Assembly: GCA_021813325.1 (NCBI GenBank)
Contig: JAKALA010000013.1
Location: forward strand, 3,503 to 67,502
Direction of reading: 5' to 3'
Length of the DNA stretch: 64,000 bases
Origin: a bacterium
Lineage (GTDB): Bacteria > Verrucomicrobiota > Verrucomicrobiia > Limisphaerales > UBA11358
Under the pieces are notes generated by a model. It saw only the letters and a program-made list of their open reading frames with translations. It made no database searches and was not told the origin of the DNA. Numbering within the stretch: position 1 is the stretch's first letter; every line of letters begins with the position of its first letter. Of the stretch, positions 8,830-22,412 are shown piece after piece. A program made the position numbers and the translations under genes.

Positions 8830-9330
8830 GGCTAACAGGCCGTTGAAAAACGGGTGGATTTTCAGTCCGGCAATTTTTCATGGGTGAGATTTTCAAAATT
8901 GAGCGTGGGAAGCGCGGTAACGGCTGACCCAACTGTGGCGGACGGTTCCCTATTGGCTCGCGGCGCGGCCCGCCGGTCGGCGGCGTCCGGGTTTTCACCC
9001 GGTTTCCGGCGGTTTTTCCTGCCGCCGCCCTCAGTCGCGCCAGGCGCAACAAGTTGTATGTCCCCGCCACGAAATAGCCCCAGGCCGGGGACCGATCCAA
9101 TCCCCGATAGCGGCTCCGGCGAAATCCGCCCACCGTCTTGATCCAGCCGAAAATTTCCTCCACTCGTTTGCGGATTTTCTAGCTCATCTGATAGCCGGGT
9201 TGCGTCGTGGTGCGCCTGTCCAGCCCGGCACCTGCACCTTGTCTTTGCAGGCCACCTGCGGGGCAATCGCCCGGTTCCGGCAGCCTGACTTTGATTCAAA
9301 GGGCGAATTCAGCACGGTCTTGATGCGTTT
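8830..9330 (-). mobile_element. degraded IS5/IS1182-type DDE transposase C-terminal remnant (frameshifted, truncated)
   Basis: KIRKRVEEIFGWIKTVGGFRRSRYRGLDRSPAWGYFVAGTYNLLRLARL matches the conserved transposase C-terminus (VE..FG.lK...g.RR.RyRGL.k......l.a.aYNL.RL). It is preceded by a stop, and a further fragment sits in another frame (GIAPQVACKDKVQVPGW...). No intact transposase ORF. Confidence 0.6.
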
Positions 9331-9383
9331 AGAACTGGCTTACAGGGCCTATAGGGAATTGCCTTATATGTATAAAGTTTCGC

Positions 9384-9399
9384 CTGATTTTAAAATCAG
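9384..9399. promoter_or_regulatory. perfect 16-bp palindrome CTGATTTTAAAATCAG about 50 bp upstream of the AraC/PocR gene (candidate operator)
   Basis: Read directly from the sequence. It lies in an AT-rich stretch in front of the 9448 start. Confidence 0.25.
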
Positions 9400-9447
9400 T
9401 GGTTCTACCAATTGTTTGCAGTTGAACTCTCATCGTAAATTGCACAC

Positions 9448-10428
9448 ATGCAGACAATATTTGCAAAACCGGAAACCACCAAAGGCGATTCTGGAGATGA
9501 TTTCCCCATCGCTGCCCCGTTTGCCGCCGCTGAAGTTTCGGAAACCGGCAACGGCAATCGTGCCTTGGTGGATGCGCTCGCCAACTCCCGCATATATCGT
9601 GATTATGAGCGGGCTTTTAGTGACATGACCGGACTGCCCATCGCGCTGCAGCCGGTTGAAACCTGGCAGTTGCCGCATCACGGCAAGCGCAACGAAAATG
9701 AATTTTGCGCCCTGATTTCCAAAAAAAGCCGCGCCTGTGCCGCCTGCCTCCAAGTGCAGGAGAAGTTGTGTCTCAAGGCCGCCAATGAACCGACGACGGT
9801 GGTTTGCCCGGTGGGGTTGTGCGACACCGCCGTGCCGGTTCGGATGAGCGACCGGTTGGTTGGCTATTTGCAAATTGGCCAGGTTTTTCGGAAAAAACCC
9901 ACGGAGAGCCAGTTCAAAAAAGTGGAGCAGCTTTGCGAAAAATGGGGCGTGGACATCAATCGTGAAACACTGCGCAAAGCCTATTTTTCCGGCAAGGTCA
10001 TTTCCGTGAAGGAACATGATTCCGCCGTCAAGCTGTTGTCCATTTTTGCCCAACATCTGGCGATGTTGAGCAATCAGGTTTTTATCCAGCAGGAAAACTC
10101 GGAGCCGCCGGTGATTACCAAAGCCCGTGCTTACATCCACGAACATCAAACTGAGGAGATTTCCTTGGGGCAAGTAGCCAAAGCGGTGAACATGAGCAGT
10201 TATTACTTTTGCAAAACTTTTAAAAAGGTCATTGGCATCAATTTTACGGACTATGTGGCCCGTGTCCGAATTGAGAAATCCAAGAACCTGCTGCTCAATC
10301 CCAACCTCCGCGTCAGCGAAATCGCCTTTGAAGTGGGCTTCCAATCGCTCACCCATTTCAACCGCGTGTTCAAGAAAGTCTTGGGGCAGTCTCCCACGGA
10401 ATATCGCGCCCAACTGCTGGCACATTAA
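9448..10428 (+). CDS. AraC-family transcriptional regulator with PocR-like Cys-rich sensor domain
   Basis: The FCALISKKSRACAACLQVQEKLC...VVCPVGLCD cysteine pattern is PocR-like. The C-terminal dual HTH is ISLGQVAKAVNMSSYYFCKTFKK...FEVGFQSLTHFNRVFKKVLGQSPTEYR. Confidence 0.85.
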   Translation: MQTIFAKPETTKGDSGDDFPIAAPFAAAEVSETGNGNRALVDALANSRIYRDYERAFSDMTGLPIALQPVETWQLPHHGKRNENEFCALISKKSRACAACLQVQEKLCLKAANEPTTVVCPVGLCDTAVPVRMSDRLVGYLQIGQVFRKKPTESQFKKVEQLCEKWGVDINRETLRKAYFSGKVISVKEHDSAVKLLSIFAQHLAMLSNQVFIQQENSEPPVITKARAYIHEHQTEEISLGQVAKAVNMSSYYFCKTFKKVIGINFTDYVARVRIEKSKNLLLNPNLRVSEIAFEVGFQSLTHFNRVFKKVLGQSPTEYRAQLLAH

Positions 10429-10537
10429 ACGGCTCGCTGCTGGGTGGATCGGAATGGGGCGGTGACCGATCGTTTTCGTCACAGCAATTGGCATTGGCAT
10501 TGTTCGGCGAATTTCCGATATTTCCGCTGAGAGCGGG

Positions 10538-11650
10538 ATGGTGAAAACAAAAAAACTTTCTGGCACCCAGTTGCTGGCTCAATCTAAATCCGCCGTTCAC
10601 GACGGGGAGGAAAGATTGCGCGCAATTCTGGAAACGGCTGTTGAAGGCATCATCACCATAGACGAACGCGGGCTGATTGAGTCGTTCAATGCTGCTTCAG
10701 AAAAAATTTTCGGATACGAGGCCGGAGAAGTCATTGGCAAAAACATCAGTATTTTAATGGCTTCCCCGCACCGGGAATTGCATGACAGTTACTTGGATCG
10801 TTATCGCCAAACGGGCCAGGCTAAAATTATTGGCAGGGGACGCGAAACCGTCGCCCGCAAAAAGGACGGCTCAATCTTTCCCATTGATCTGTCGGTCAGC
10901 GAGGTGAAATTGACCGATCGTCGTAATTACACCGGATTCATTCGCGACATCACCGAGCGCAAGCGCTTGGAAAAGGAAATACTGGAAATCAGCGAACGCG
11001 AGCAGCGCCGCATCGGCCAGGATTTGCATGATGGACTTTGCCAGCATCTTGCCGGAATTGAAATGCTGGGACAGGTGCTTGCGCAAAAACTGGCCGCCCA
11101 GCCCAAGGAAATTTCCGGCCGGGCGGTTGAAATTACCAAAGCTTTGCGCGACGCCATCGGACAAACCCGGCTGCTGGCCCGCGGCCTTTCCCCGGTGACT
11201 TTGGAAACGGACGGGTTGATGTCAGCTTTGGCGGAACTTGCGCTGAACACCACCAAAATGTTCCGGGTCAACTGTTCCTTTCATTCAACGGATAGCGTGC
11301 AGTTCCCCGATAACGTCGCCGCCACGCATTTGTTTCGCATCGTGCAGGAGGCCATCTCCAACGCCATCAAACACGGCCAGGCCAGGAACATATCGATACA
11401 ACTGGCGGAGGCAGCAAACCAGGTTCATTTGCAGGTAAGCGATGACGGGATGGGCTTTTCCAAAAAATTGTCTCCCACACCCGGCATGGGATTGCGCATT
11501 ATGCAATCACGAACGGGCATGGTCGGCGGCACAATATTGATCGAGCAGCCGGCTGAAGGCGGCACAGTGGTAAAATTGACGGCCCCGAAGCATTCTCAAA
11601 TCCATGGCGGCAAAAAATACAAATTCGGCGAAGCGCATTCTGATCATTGA
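10538..11650 (+). CDS. FixL-like heme-PAS sensor histidine kinase with HisKA_3 (NarL-type) dimerisation/phosphoacceptor domain
   Basis: The PAS segment PHRELHDSYLDRYRQTGQAKIIGRGRE...RKKDGSIFPIDLSVSE...YTGFIRDITER parallels the FixL heme pocket. The H-box is DLHDGLCQHLAG. The HATPase_c signature is NAIKHG...DDGMGF...GMGLRIM. Confidence 0.9.
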   Translation: MVKTKKLSGTQLLAQSKSAVHDGEERLRAILETAVEGIITIDERGLIESFNAASEKIFGYEAGEVIGKNISILMASPHRELHDSYLDRYRQTGQAKIIGRGRETVARKKDGSIFPIDLSVSEVKLTDRRNYTGFIRDITERKRLEKEILEISEREQRRIGQDLHDGLCQHLAGIEMLGQVLAQKLAAQPKEISGRAVEITKALRDAIGQTRLLARGLSPVTLETDGLMSALAELALNTTKMFRVNCSFHSTDSVQFPDNVAATHLFRIVQEAISNAIKHGQARNISIQLAEAANQVHLQVSDDGMGFSKKLSPTPGMGLRIMQSRTGMVGGTILIEQPAEGGTVVKLTAPKHSQIHGGKKYKFGEAHSDH

Positions 11651-12278
11651 CGATCATCCCATGCTGCGCAAAGGGCTTGCCCAGTTGATCAACAACGAGC
11701 CGGAGCTAAAAGTCGGCGCCGAGGCGGACAACGCCCGGCAGGCCATCGATGCCGTCAGCAAACAGCCGTTTGATCTGGCGCTGTTGGATATTTCGTTGCC
11801 GGATAAAAGCGGGCTGGAATTGATCAAGGATCTTCGCGTGCTCCAGCCCGACTTGCCGGTGATGGTGTTTTCCATGCACGATGAAATGATTTATGCCGAA
11901 CGCGTGCTCCGGGCGGGCGGCCGGGGTTACATCATGAAACAGGAAGGCGGCGAAACATTCCTGGCCGCCGTCCGGCAGGTGCTGTCCGGGCAAATCTACG
12001 TCAGCGAAAAAATGGCCACCCGCATTTTGGAAATTTTTTCGGGCCGCCAGTCGGACAATACAAAATCTCCCGTCCGCAAGCTGTCCGACCGGGAATTTGA
12101 AGTGTTCCAGCTCGTTGGTCAGGGCATTGGCACGCGAGCGATCGCCGAACGGTTGCACCTAAGCGTCAAAACTGTCGAAGTGCATCGCGCCAATATCAAG
12201 GAAAAACTGGGACTGAAGACCGCCACAGAACTGATTCGCCAGGCCGTCCGGTGGCTTGATTCGCAGGGGCAACGCTGA
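11604..12278 (+). CDS. FixJ/NarL-family response regulator (REC + LuxR HTH)
   Basis: ILIIDDHPMLRKGL, DLALLDISLPDKSG, and the C-terminal LSDREFEVFQLVGQG...TVEVHRANIKEKLG. It overlaps the kinase gene by 47 nt. Confidence 0.9.
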   Translation: MAAKNTNSAKRILIIDDHPMLRKGLAQLINNEPELKVGAEADNARQAIDAVSKQPFDLALLDISLPDKSGLELIKDLRVLQPDLPVMVFSMHDEMIYAERVLRAGGRGYIMKQEGGETFLAAVRQVLSGQIYVSEKMATRILEIFSGRQSDNTKSPVRKLSDREFEVFQLVGQGIGTRAIAERLHLSVKTVEVHRANIKEKLGLKTATELIRQAVRWLDSQGQR

Positions 12279-12538
12279 CGGAGACATAATAAAATTCGGA
12301 AGCAATACTGCGGCATTTGGACGCCTGCGTGTAAACGCCGGCAAAATACCAGGCTTAATGGCGGTGGAGGGTTGTCGCCGCGAATGATAGTCAAGTTTCC
12401 CAATGGTTTATTTAAAAAAACGCAGCGTCCCCTCTGGTTCGCAATATCGGGTGATAATTTACCAAAAGCTGCGGAGTCGGTGATCGGGTTCGCTGTCATT
12501 TTCTTCCTGCTTATTGAACTGAATTTTCCAGAACATTT

Positions 12539-15292
12539 ATGACGACAAACGCCTCTGAACCGACACGACTAGAGTCCGCGCACGACATTTTACACCACAC
12601 CACGCGCCGTCCGCTTGACCCGATTTTCTCGCCCAAATCTGTCGCCGTTATTGGCGCAACGGAAAATCCCGGCAGCGTCGGCCGCACGATTTTGGACAAC
12701 CTGATCAAGGGCGGGTTTACCGGCACCATTTATCCCGTCAACCCGAAGCGTGACACGGTGCTGGGCGTGAAAGCATATCCCAGCATCACCGCTGTCCCCC
12801 AAGCTCCGGATCTCGCGGTTATCATCACGCCCCCGCCAACTGTGCCGGGCATCGTTAAAGACTGCGGTAAAATGGGCGTGAAAGGGGTTATCATCATTTC
12901 CGCCGGATTCAAGGAAGTCGGCCCCGCCGGCGTTGAACTCGAACGCCAGGTGCTGGAAGAAGCCACCAAAGCCAATATTCGCATCGTGGGACCCAACTGC
13001 CTGGGCGTCATGGTTCCCGGCAACAAACTGAACGCGACTTTTGCGGCGGACATGGCCCGCACCGGCAGCGTCGGGTTTATCAGTCAAAGTGGCGCGCTCT
13101 GCACGGCGATTCTTGACTGGAGCTTGAAGGAAAACGTCGGTTTCAGCGCGTTCGTCTCGCTGGGCTCAATGCTGGACGTAAGCTGGGGGGATTTGATCAT
13201 GCATCTGGGCGATGATCCGCAGACCAAGAGCATTGTGATTTACATGGAAAGCATCGGCGACGCCCGCGCGTTCCTTTCCGCCGCTCGCGAAGTGGCGTTG
13301 ACCAAGCCGATCATTGTCATCAAGCCAGGCCGCACGGATGCGGCGGCCAAGGCGGCCGCGTCGCATACCGGTTCCTTGACCGGCAGCGATGAAGTCTTGC
13401 AGGCCGCGTTCCAACGCGTGGGCGTGCTGCGGGTGGACACCATCTCGGAGTTGTTCGACATGGCGGAAGTGCTCGCCAAACAGCCGCGTCCGAAAGGTCC
13501 GCGCCTGACGATTGTGACCAACGCCGGCGGTCCCAGCGTCATTGCCACTGACATGCTTATCGGCAGCGGTGCCCAATTGTCTGAGCTGTCACCGGAGACG
13601 ATGGAAGCGTTCAACCAGATCCTGCCGCCGACTTGGAGCCACAACAATCCGGTGGACATCATTGGCGATGCCAAGCCGGAACTCTACGCCAAGTCGCTGG
13701 AAATCGCCTCCAAAGATCCAAACACGGATGGCATGTTGGTCATTCTCACGCCGCAGGCGATGACCGACCCGACCGCCACCGCCGAGTGTCTGAAACCCTA
13801 CGCGCAGATTCCGAACAAGCCGGTCATCGCGAGCTGGATGGGCGCTGACATCGTGGCCAAAGGCGAAGACATCCTCAATGCCGTCAGCATCCCGACGTTC
13901 AAATATCCCGATCGCGCGGCGCGCGCGTTTTATTACATGTGGCGCTACAGCGAAAACCTGCGCGCGCTTTACGAGACTCCCGCCATGCCGCAGGATGACG
14001 CGCACGGCGAAATTGACCGCGAAAAAGCCGCGGCCATCATCGCCGAAGTGCGGAAATCGGGCCGGACGCTGCTTTCGGAATTTGAATCCAAAAAGCTGCT
14101 CGCCGCCTACGGCATTCCCACGGTGGAAACGCATATTGCGACCACTGAAAGCGACGCCGTAAAACAAGCTGCGCGTCTCGGTTTCCCCGTGGTGCTCAAG
14201 CTGCACTCGGAAACCATCACACACAAAACCGACGTGGGCGGCGTGCAATTAAATCTCCGCACCGCCTCCGCCGTGCGCCAGGCCTACAAAGCCATTGAAA
14301 GTTCCTGCACCAAGAAGGTGGGCAAGGAACATTTCCAGGGCGTGACGGTTCAGCCGATGATCAAGCTTGACGGCTACGAAATCATCATTGGTTCCAGCAT
14401 TGATCCGCAGTTCGGACCCGTATTGCTATTCGGCACCGGCGGCCAGTTGGTGGAAGTGTTCAAGGATCGGTCCCTCGGCCTGCCGCCGCTTAACGCCACG
14501 CTGGCGCGGCGCATGATGGAACGCACCAAGATTTTCACCGCGCTCAAGGGCGTCCGCGGTCGCAAGGCAACCAACATCGCGGCGATCGAACAATTGCTGG
14601 TGCGCTTCAGCCAGTTGGTCGTGGAGCAGCCGTGGATTTCGGAAATCGACATCAATCCTCTGCTCGTTTCATCCGAACGCATATTTGCGCTGGACGGGCG
14701 CGTGGTGCTGCATCCGCTCGATACTCCGGAGGACAAATTGCCCAAGTCCGCCATTCGGCCGTATCCGATTCAATACGCCACTCCGTGGAAAATGAAGAAC
14801 AAGGCTCCGGTGGCCATCCGGCCCATCAAACCGGAGGATGAACCGTTGATGGTGAAGTTTCACGAGACGTTGTCGGAAGAAAGTGTTTATAACCGCTATT
14901 TCTCAGCGTTGAAACTTTCGCAACGCATCACGCACGAACGGCTCACGCGCATTTGTTTCAATGACTATGACCGCGAAATCGCGCTGGTCGCGGAATTGAA
15001 AGTGGCCAAGGGTGAAGAGTCAAAAATCCTCGGCGTGGGCCGCTTGAGCAAGCAACACGGCAACGGCGAGGCTGAGTTCGCCGTGCTGGTCAACGACACA
15101 TGGCATGATCAAGGCTTGGGCACCGAACTACTCCGCCGGTTGATCGAAATTGGCCGGGTGGAAAAATTATCCCGCATCTCCGGTCAGATCCTGGCGGAAA
15201 ATCACGCCATGCATCACATCTGCCGCAAGGTCGGTTTCAATGTGGTCCACAACACGGACAGCAATCTGTTCACCGCCACCTATACCTATTAA
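12539..15292 (+). CDS. bifunctional ADP-forming acetyl-CoA synthetase-like / GNAT acetyltransferase (Pat/YfiQ-type architecture)
   Basis: CoA-binding N-terminus ([15 protein letters not shown]). Phosphohistidine-loop-like [16 protein letters not shown]-grasp region. C-terminal GNAT with [10 protein letters not shown]. Confidence 0.88.
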   Translation: MTTNASEPTRLESAHDILHHTTRRPLDPIFSPKSVAVIGATENPGSVGRTILDNLIKGGFTGTIYPVNPKRDTVLGVKAYPSITAVPQAPDLAVIITPPPTVPGIVKDCGKMGVKGVIIISAGFKEVGPAGVELERQVLEEATKANIRIVGPNCLGVMVPGNKLNATFAADMARTGSVGFISQSGALCTAILDWSLKENVGFSAFVSLGSMLDVSWGDLIMHLGDDPQTKSIVIYMESIGDARAFLSAAREVALTKPIIVIKPGRTDAAAKAAASHTGSLTGSDEVLQAAFQRVGVLRVDTISELFDMAEVLAKQPRPKGPRLTIVTNAGGPSVIATDMLIGSGAQLSELSPETMEAFNQILPPTWSHNNPVDIIGDAKPELYAKSLEIASKDPNTDGMLVILTPQAMTDPTATAECLKPYAQIPNKPVIASWMGADIVAKGEDILNAVSIPTFKYPDRAARAFYYMWRYSENLRALYETPAMPQDDAHGEIDREKAAAIIAEVRKSGRTLLSEFESKKLLAAYGIPTVETHIATTESDAVKQAARLGFPVVLKLHSETITHKTDVGGVQLNLRTASAVRQAYKAIESSCTKKVGKEHFQGVTVQPMIKLDGYEIIIGSSIDPQFGPVLLFGTGGQLVEVFKDRSLGLPPLNATLARRMMERTKIFTALKGVRGRKATNIAAIEQLLVRFSQLVVEQPWISEIDINPLLVSSERIFALDGRVVLHPLDTPEDKLPKSAIRPYPIQYATPWKMKNKAPVAIRPIKPEDEPLMVKFHETLSEESVYNRYFSALKLSQRITHERLTRICFNDYDREIALVAELKVAKGEESKILGVGRLSKQHGNGEAEFAVLVNDTWHDQGLGTELLRRLIEIGRVEKLSRISGQILAENHAMHHICRKVGFNVVHNTDSNLFTATYTY

Positions 15293-15332
15293 GTCGGCGG
15301 GTGGTATTTTCAAAAGCTAAAAATTGAATCGT

Positions 15333-15369
15333 CTGGCCCACGAAATACTCGTGGGCCAGTTTTGTTTTT
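15333..15369 (+). terminator. rho-independent terminator after the ACS-GNAT gene
   Basis: CTGGCCCACG-aaatact-CGTGGGCCAG followed by TTTTGTTTTT. Confidence 0.8.
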
Positions 15370-15602
15370 GGGCTTTGGATTTGCGGTTGGGTGCCCCCAA
15401 GAATTGACGCTGTGACTGGCCGGTAAAGTCCGCGTTTCGGATATTACAATATGCGAGTTGCCTTTGACAAAATAAGTGAAGTGCCCACCTGTCCAGCCGC
15501 CTAAGTTAATCATCAAGAATTGACGGCAGACAATTAAAAATTAAAGAGCATATCCCGTTTTATTAAGAATTTCGTAACACCAACCAATCAAACAGCATAG
15601 CC

Positions 15603-19217
<3,615 letters not shown>

Positions 19218-19240
19218 TTCAACCTTTAACCGAAAAGCAT

Positions 19241-20242
19241 ATGGATATTACAACCAATTATCTCGGTCTCAAATTGCGTTCCCCGCTGGTGGTGTCCGCG
19301 TCGCCACTGTCCGAGGACATCGACAACATCAAGCGCATGGAGGATGCCGGTGCCGCCGCCGTCGTGCTCTATTCGCTATTTGAAGAGCAACTCCGCCAGG
19401 ATCGCCTGGAAATGCACCAACACCTGGAACACGGCACGGAAAGCTTTGCCGAAGCGCTCAGCTATTTCCCGGAGTCGTCCGAATACCGGTTGGGACCCGA
19501 GGAATATCTGAAGCACATCGCGGCGGCTAAAAAATCAACGCGCCTGCCGGTCATTGCCAGTCTCAACGGTTCTTCGGTTGGTGGTTGGACGGAATACGCC
19601 AAGAAAATTCAACAGGCCGGCGCCGACGCGTTGGAATTGAATATTTACTATATTCCGACCGACATGAGCCTGTCCGGCCAGGTGGTTGAAGAAACTTACC
19701 TGAACATTCTCAAGGCGGTTAAAGGCGAGGTCTCAATTCCGGTTTCCGTCAAGTTAAGCCCGTTCTTCAGCAATTTTGCCAACATGGCCAAACGCCTGGA
19801 CGATGCCGGGGCAAACGGCTTGGTCATGTTTAACCGGTTTTATCAGCCGGACATCGAGTTGGAATCCTTGGAAGTGAAGCCCAACATTCTGTTGAGCACG
19901 CCCATGGCGATGCGCCTGCCGCTCCGGTGGATTGCCCTGCTGCATGGCAAGGTGAAAGCCAGTCTGGCAGCCACCAGCGGCATTCATCGCGCTTCCGATG
20001 CCTTGAAAATGTTGATGGTCGGCGCTGATGCGACCATGCTTTGCTCCACTGTCATTCGCCATGGCATTCCGCAAATTGCCATGATCGAACGGGAAATGAT
20101 CAATTGGCTGGAAGAACACGAATACGAATCCGTCAGCCAGTTAAAGGGCAGCCTCAGTCAAAAGAACTGCCCCGAGCCGGCGGCGTTCGAACGGGCTCAA
20201 TACATGAAAGCGATTACGAATTTTGCCCTTCCCCGCACATAG
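19241..20242 (+). CDS. dihydroorotate dehydrogenase-like (class 1 DHOD/DHPD fold) protein
   Basis: Start at MDITTNYLGLKLRSPLVVSASPLS, 23 nt after the nifJ stop. TIM-barrel DHOD-like signatures (LELNIY, FNRFYQPDI). The track ORF start at 18938 overlaps nifJ and is rejected. Confidence 0.8.
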   Translation: MDITTNYLGLKLRSPLVVSASPLSEDIDNIKRMEDAGAAAVVLYSLFEEQLRQDRLEMHQHLEHGTESFAEALSYFPESSEYRLGPEEYLKHIAAAKKSTRLPVIASLNGSSVGGWTEYAKKIQQAGADALELNIYYIPTDMSLSGQVVEETYLNILKAVKGEVSIPVSVKLSPFFSNFANMAKRLDDAGANGLVMFNRFYQPDIELESLEVKPNILLSTPMAMRLPLRWIALLHGKVKASLAATSGIHRASDALKMLMVGADATMLCSTVIRHGIPQIAMIEREMINWLEEHEYESVSQLKGSLSQKNCPEPAAFERAQYMKAITNFALPRT

Positions 20243-20260
20243 GGTTCTTTCCCAAAGCGA

Positions 20261-20296
20261 AGCGGCCGTCAGAGAAATCTGGCGGCCGCTTTTTTG
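20261..20296 (+). terminator. rho-independent terminator after the DHOD-like gene
   Basis: AGCGGCCG-tcagagaaatctgg-CGGCCGCT followed by TTTTTT. Confidence 0.8.
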
Positions 20297-20328
20297 AGCT
20301 GTCCCAATACAAAAACACAACGAACCAA

Positions 20329-21246
20329 TTAAAAAACTTCCGCGCGCAGACCAGCTGTTTGGCGGACCGTCTGCGCAATTTGAGAGAGCACGCGCAAGGG
20401 CAAATGGCCCCATTCGGCATTCATGCCTGGCCGGGCGGCTGAATAAATTTGCACCATGGCAATCTGGGCGCCGGCAACCTTTAATTCTTTGAGCCGCGCC
20501 GCGTATTCGACGATTTCCTCATAGGGCGGTTCCTCGCCATAAATGGCAGGAAACAGACTTTGAATCACCACCGGACGCTGACGGCCCACGAGAAGGATGT
20601 TTTCCAAAATTTTTTCCAGCGGCACATCCGGGCGGTTTACTTTGTCAATGAAAGACTGGGTTCCGCCGTCCAACTTGATCCAGATCTCATCGGATTTAGT
20701 CAGAAAGTCCAAGCCGGACAGCACCTCGGGCTGATCCAAACCGGTGCCGTTGGTGATCAGGACAAGCTTGAAGTAGCCGCCCAAAGCCCTGACTCTGACC
20801 ACAGCTTGCAGGGCTTCAGAGAAATGCTTGGCGAGGGTGGGTTCCCCGTCGCCGCTGAGAGCCACTTGACGCAGTTTTAACAGCTCGGTCGGAAGCATTT
20901 GATACCAAGGCCGCTCCGCCAGTTTGCCGCTCTGAATGAAGGCAATCGTCTTGCGCAGTTCCGAGGCCATGACTTCCACATCCAACTCGCTTTCCCGCGA
21001 TGGCTGGCGTCGATCCACCTCGCAGTAGGAACAATCAAAATTGCACTTTTTGTCGGGGTTGACATTGACCCCCAAGGAAAGTCCCCGGGCGCGTGAGGAG
21101 ATTACGGCATACACAAACCGGTTGCCGAGAAAATCCCTGGGCCGGTCGAACGCCGTTTCCCGCGTTGGAACGTGATGATAAGAAACATTTGTTTTTCTCC
21201 TCACCGGGGTCCCAAGGGCCATATGGTTTGCAACTCTGTTTTCCAC
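20329..21246 (-). CDS. radical SAM protein
   Basis: CNFDCSYCEV is a CxxxCxxC cluster motif, followed by a GDGEPTL SAM-binding-like motif. Confidence 0.8.
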   Translation of the reverse strand: MENRVANHMALGTPVRRKTNVSYHHVPTRETAFDRPRDFLGNRFVYAVISSRARGLSLGVNVNPDKKCNFDCSYCEVDRRQPSRESELDVEVMASELRKTIAFIQSGKLAERPWYQMLPTELLKLRQVALSGDGEPTLAKHFSEALQAVVRVRALGGYFKLVLITNGTGLDQPEVLSGLDFLTKSDEIWIKLDGGTQSFIDKVNRPDVPLEKILENILLVGRQRPVVIQSLFPAIYGEEPPYEEIVEYAARLKELKVAGAQIAMVQIYSAARPGMNAEWGHLPLRVLSQIAQTVRQTAGLRAEVF

Positions 21247-21476
21247 GATTTTCGCCTTTAATTAAAGGCTAACCAGCTATCGCATACCACACGGGTATTG
21301 TTTAATCTTTGACATATCTTGGCGGTGATGGGGCGAAACTCGATAAAGTTTTTATTATTCATCCGCTCGCCTTGTCGCAAGGAGAGCGGAGGGAGGGCGC
21401 TTCGGAAATAATCTTCCTTAAAACGGTGCGGGAACTTGGCCTGCGCTGGCCACCTTGCTAAAATGTTCGCCGACAT

Positions 21477-22160
21477 TTGCCCATGAATGCAAAGCCGCTT
21501 TTATCGAATGACCCAACGAAGCTTGCCGGTGGAAAAAATAACCGGGCCGCCTGGCTGCAAGGCGGCGGGCATAGGTGCAGCCAGCCTCCGACCAATTGCG
21601 CCCTTACAGCCTGCCGCGTAGTCGTGTTGCCGCAACCGGAATGCGAAAATGATTTTGAATTGGAGGCGCTTTGCGGACACCTGGGCGCGTGCCTTCTGTC
21701 CGCGAATGAAATCCTGCGCGGCGTCCGAAACGGCAACCTTCAATCTCTCACTCCGGCCATGCAAAACACGCAGGCCGCCCTGCCGCATGGCGGGGCGGTT
21801 CACGATGAAGCGGTGCTTAACCTGGTGGGGGAACGCCTGGGTTGTCTAAAATGCGCGGGCGGGTTTGTTCTGGAAGGGTTTCCCCGAACCGTGGCGCAGG
21901 CCAAGGTGCTGGAACAATTGCTGGAGAACCACGGCTTGGCACTGACTGCGGCCATCGAATTAAATTCAACCAATGACCTTAAATCATCCGGCGTGTCCAA
22001 CCGGGTAAATCCACCGTGCCGTTTGGTGAAGGATTTTTACCAAACGCGCGGGTTGTTGATCAGCGCTGCCGCCGATAACGCGCCATCGGAAATTGCCCGG
22101 CAAATCCTGCACGCGGCAAAAAATTTTCCCGGTGGCAAACTCTGCGGTGACTCGGTGTAA
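21477..22160 (+). CDS. adenylate kinase homolog with degenerate P-loop (pseudo-kinase or decaying gene); true start uncertain
   Basis: HDEAVLNLVGERLG...GGFVLEGFPRTVAQAKVLEQLL...LTAAIEL and the C-terminal VKDFYQTRGLL are Adk-like. The position of GPPGAGKGTQ reads LPQPECENDF (21627-21656). The LID region is shortened. Confidence 0.6.
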   Translation: MPMNAKPLLSNDPTKLAGGKNNRAAWLQGGGHRCSQPPTNCALTACRVVVLPQPECENDFELEALCGHLGACLLSANEILRGVRNGNLQSLTPAMQNTQAALPHGGAVHDEAVLNLVGERLGCLKCAGGFVLEGFPRTVAQAKVLEQLLENHGLALTAAIELNSTNDLKSSGVSNRVNPPCRLVKDFYQTRGLLISAAADNAPSEIARQILHAAKNFPGGKLCGDSV

Positions 22161-22412
22161 CTCTTGACCTCCGCGTCGCCTCGTTTGATTGCGATACGGC
22201 ATCGAGAAACTTTCAGACTGAGTGTTCTCAAAGGGAATTCAAAAGTTGCCTTTCACCGTTGTTAAAAAGTTTCAAGTGGATGGGAGCGCAATGAATGTGG
22301 TTGATGGCCGTCCGTCTTGTCTGATGCGAGTCGGGAGATGATTTAAGTTGCGGTGGGGTTTTCTCGTCTGTATTTAAAGTTCTTCTTTAACGTGTTGCAG
22401 GAACACACATTG

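Noticed and set aside
8591-9019. Remainder of the 190-aa track ORF 8591..9163
   Set aside because: Only its first ~50 residues are transposase-like. The rest is Pro/Arg-rich read-through that overlaps the sulfatase 3' end, so I treat it as an IS relic rather than a gene.
9430-10566. 378-aa minus-strand ORF
   Set aside because: It is antisense to the AraC/PocR regulator.
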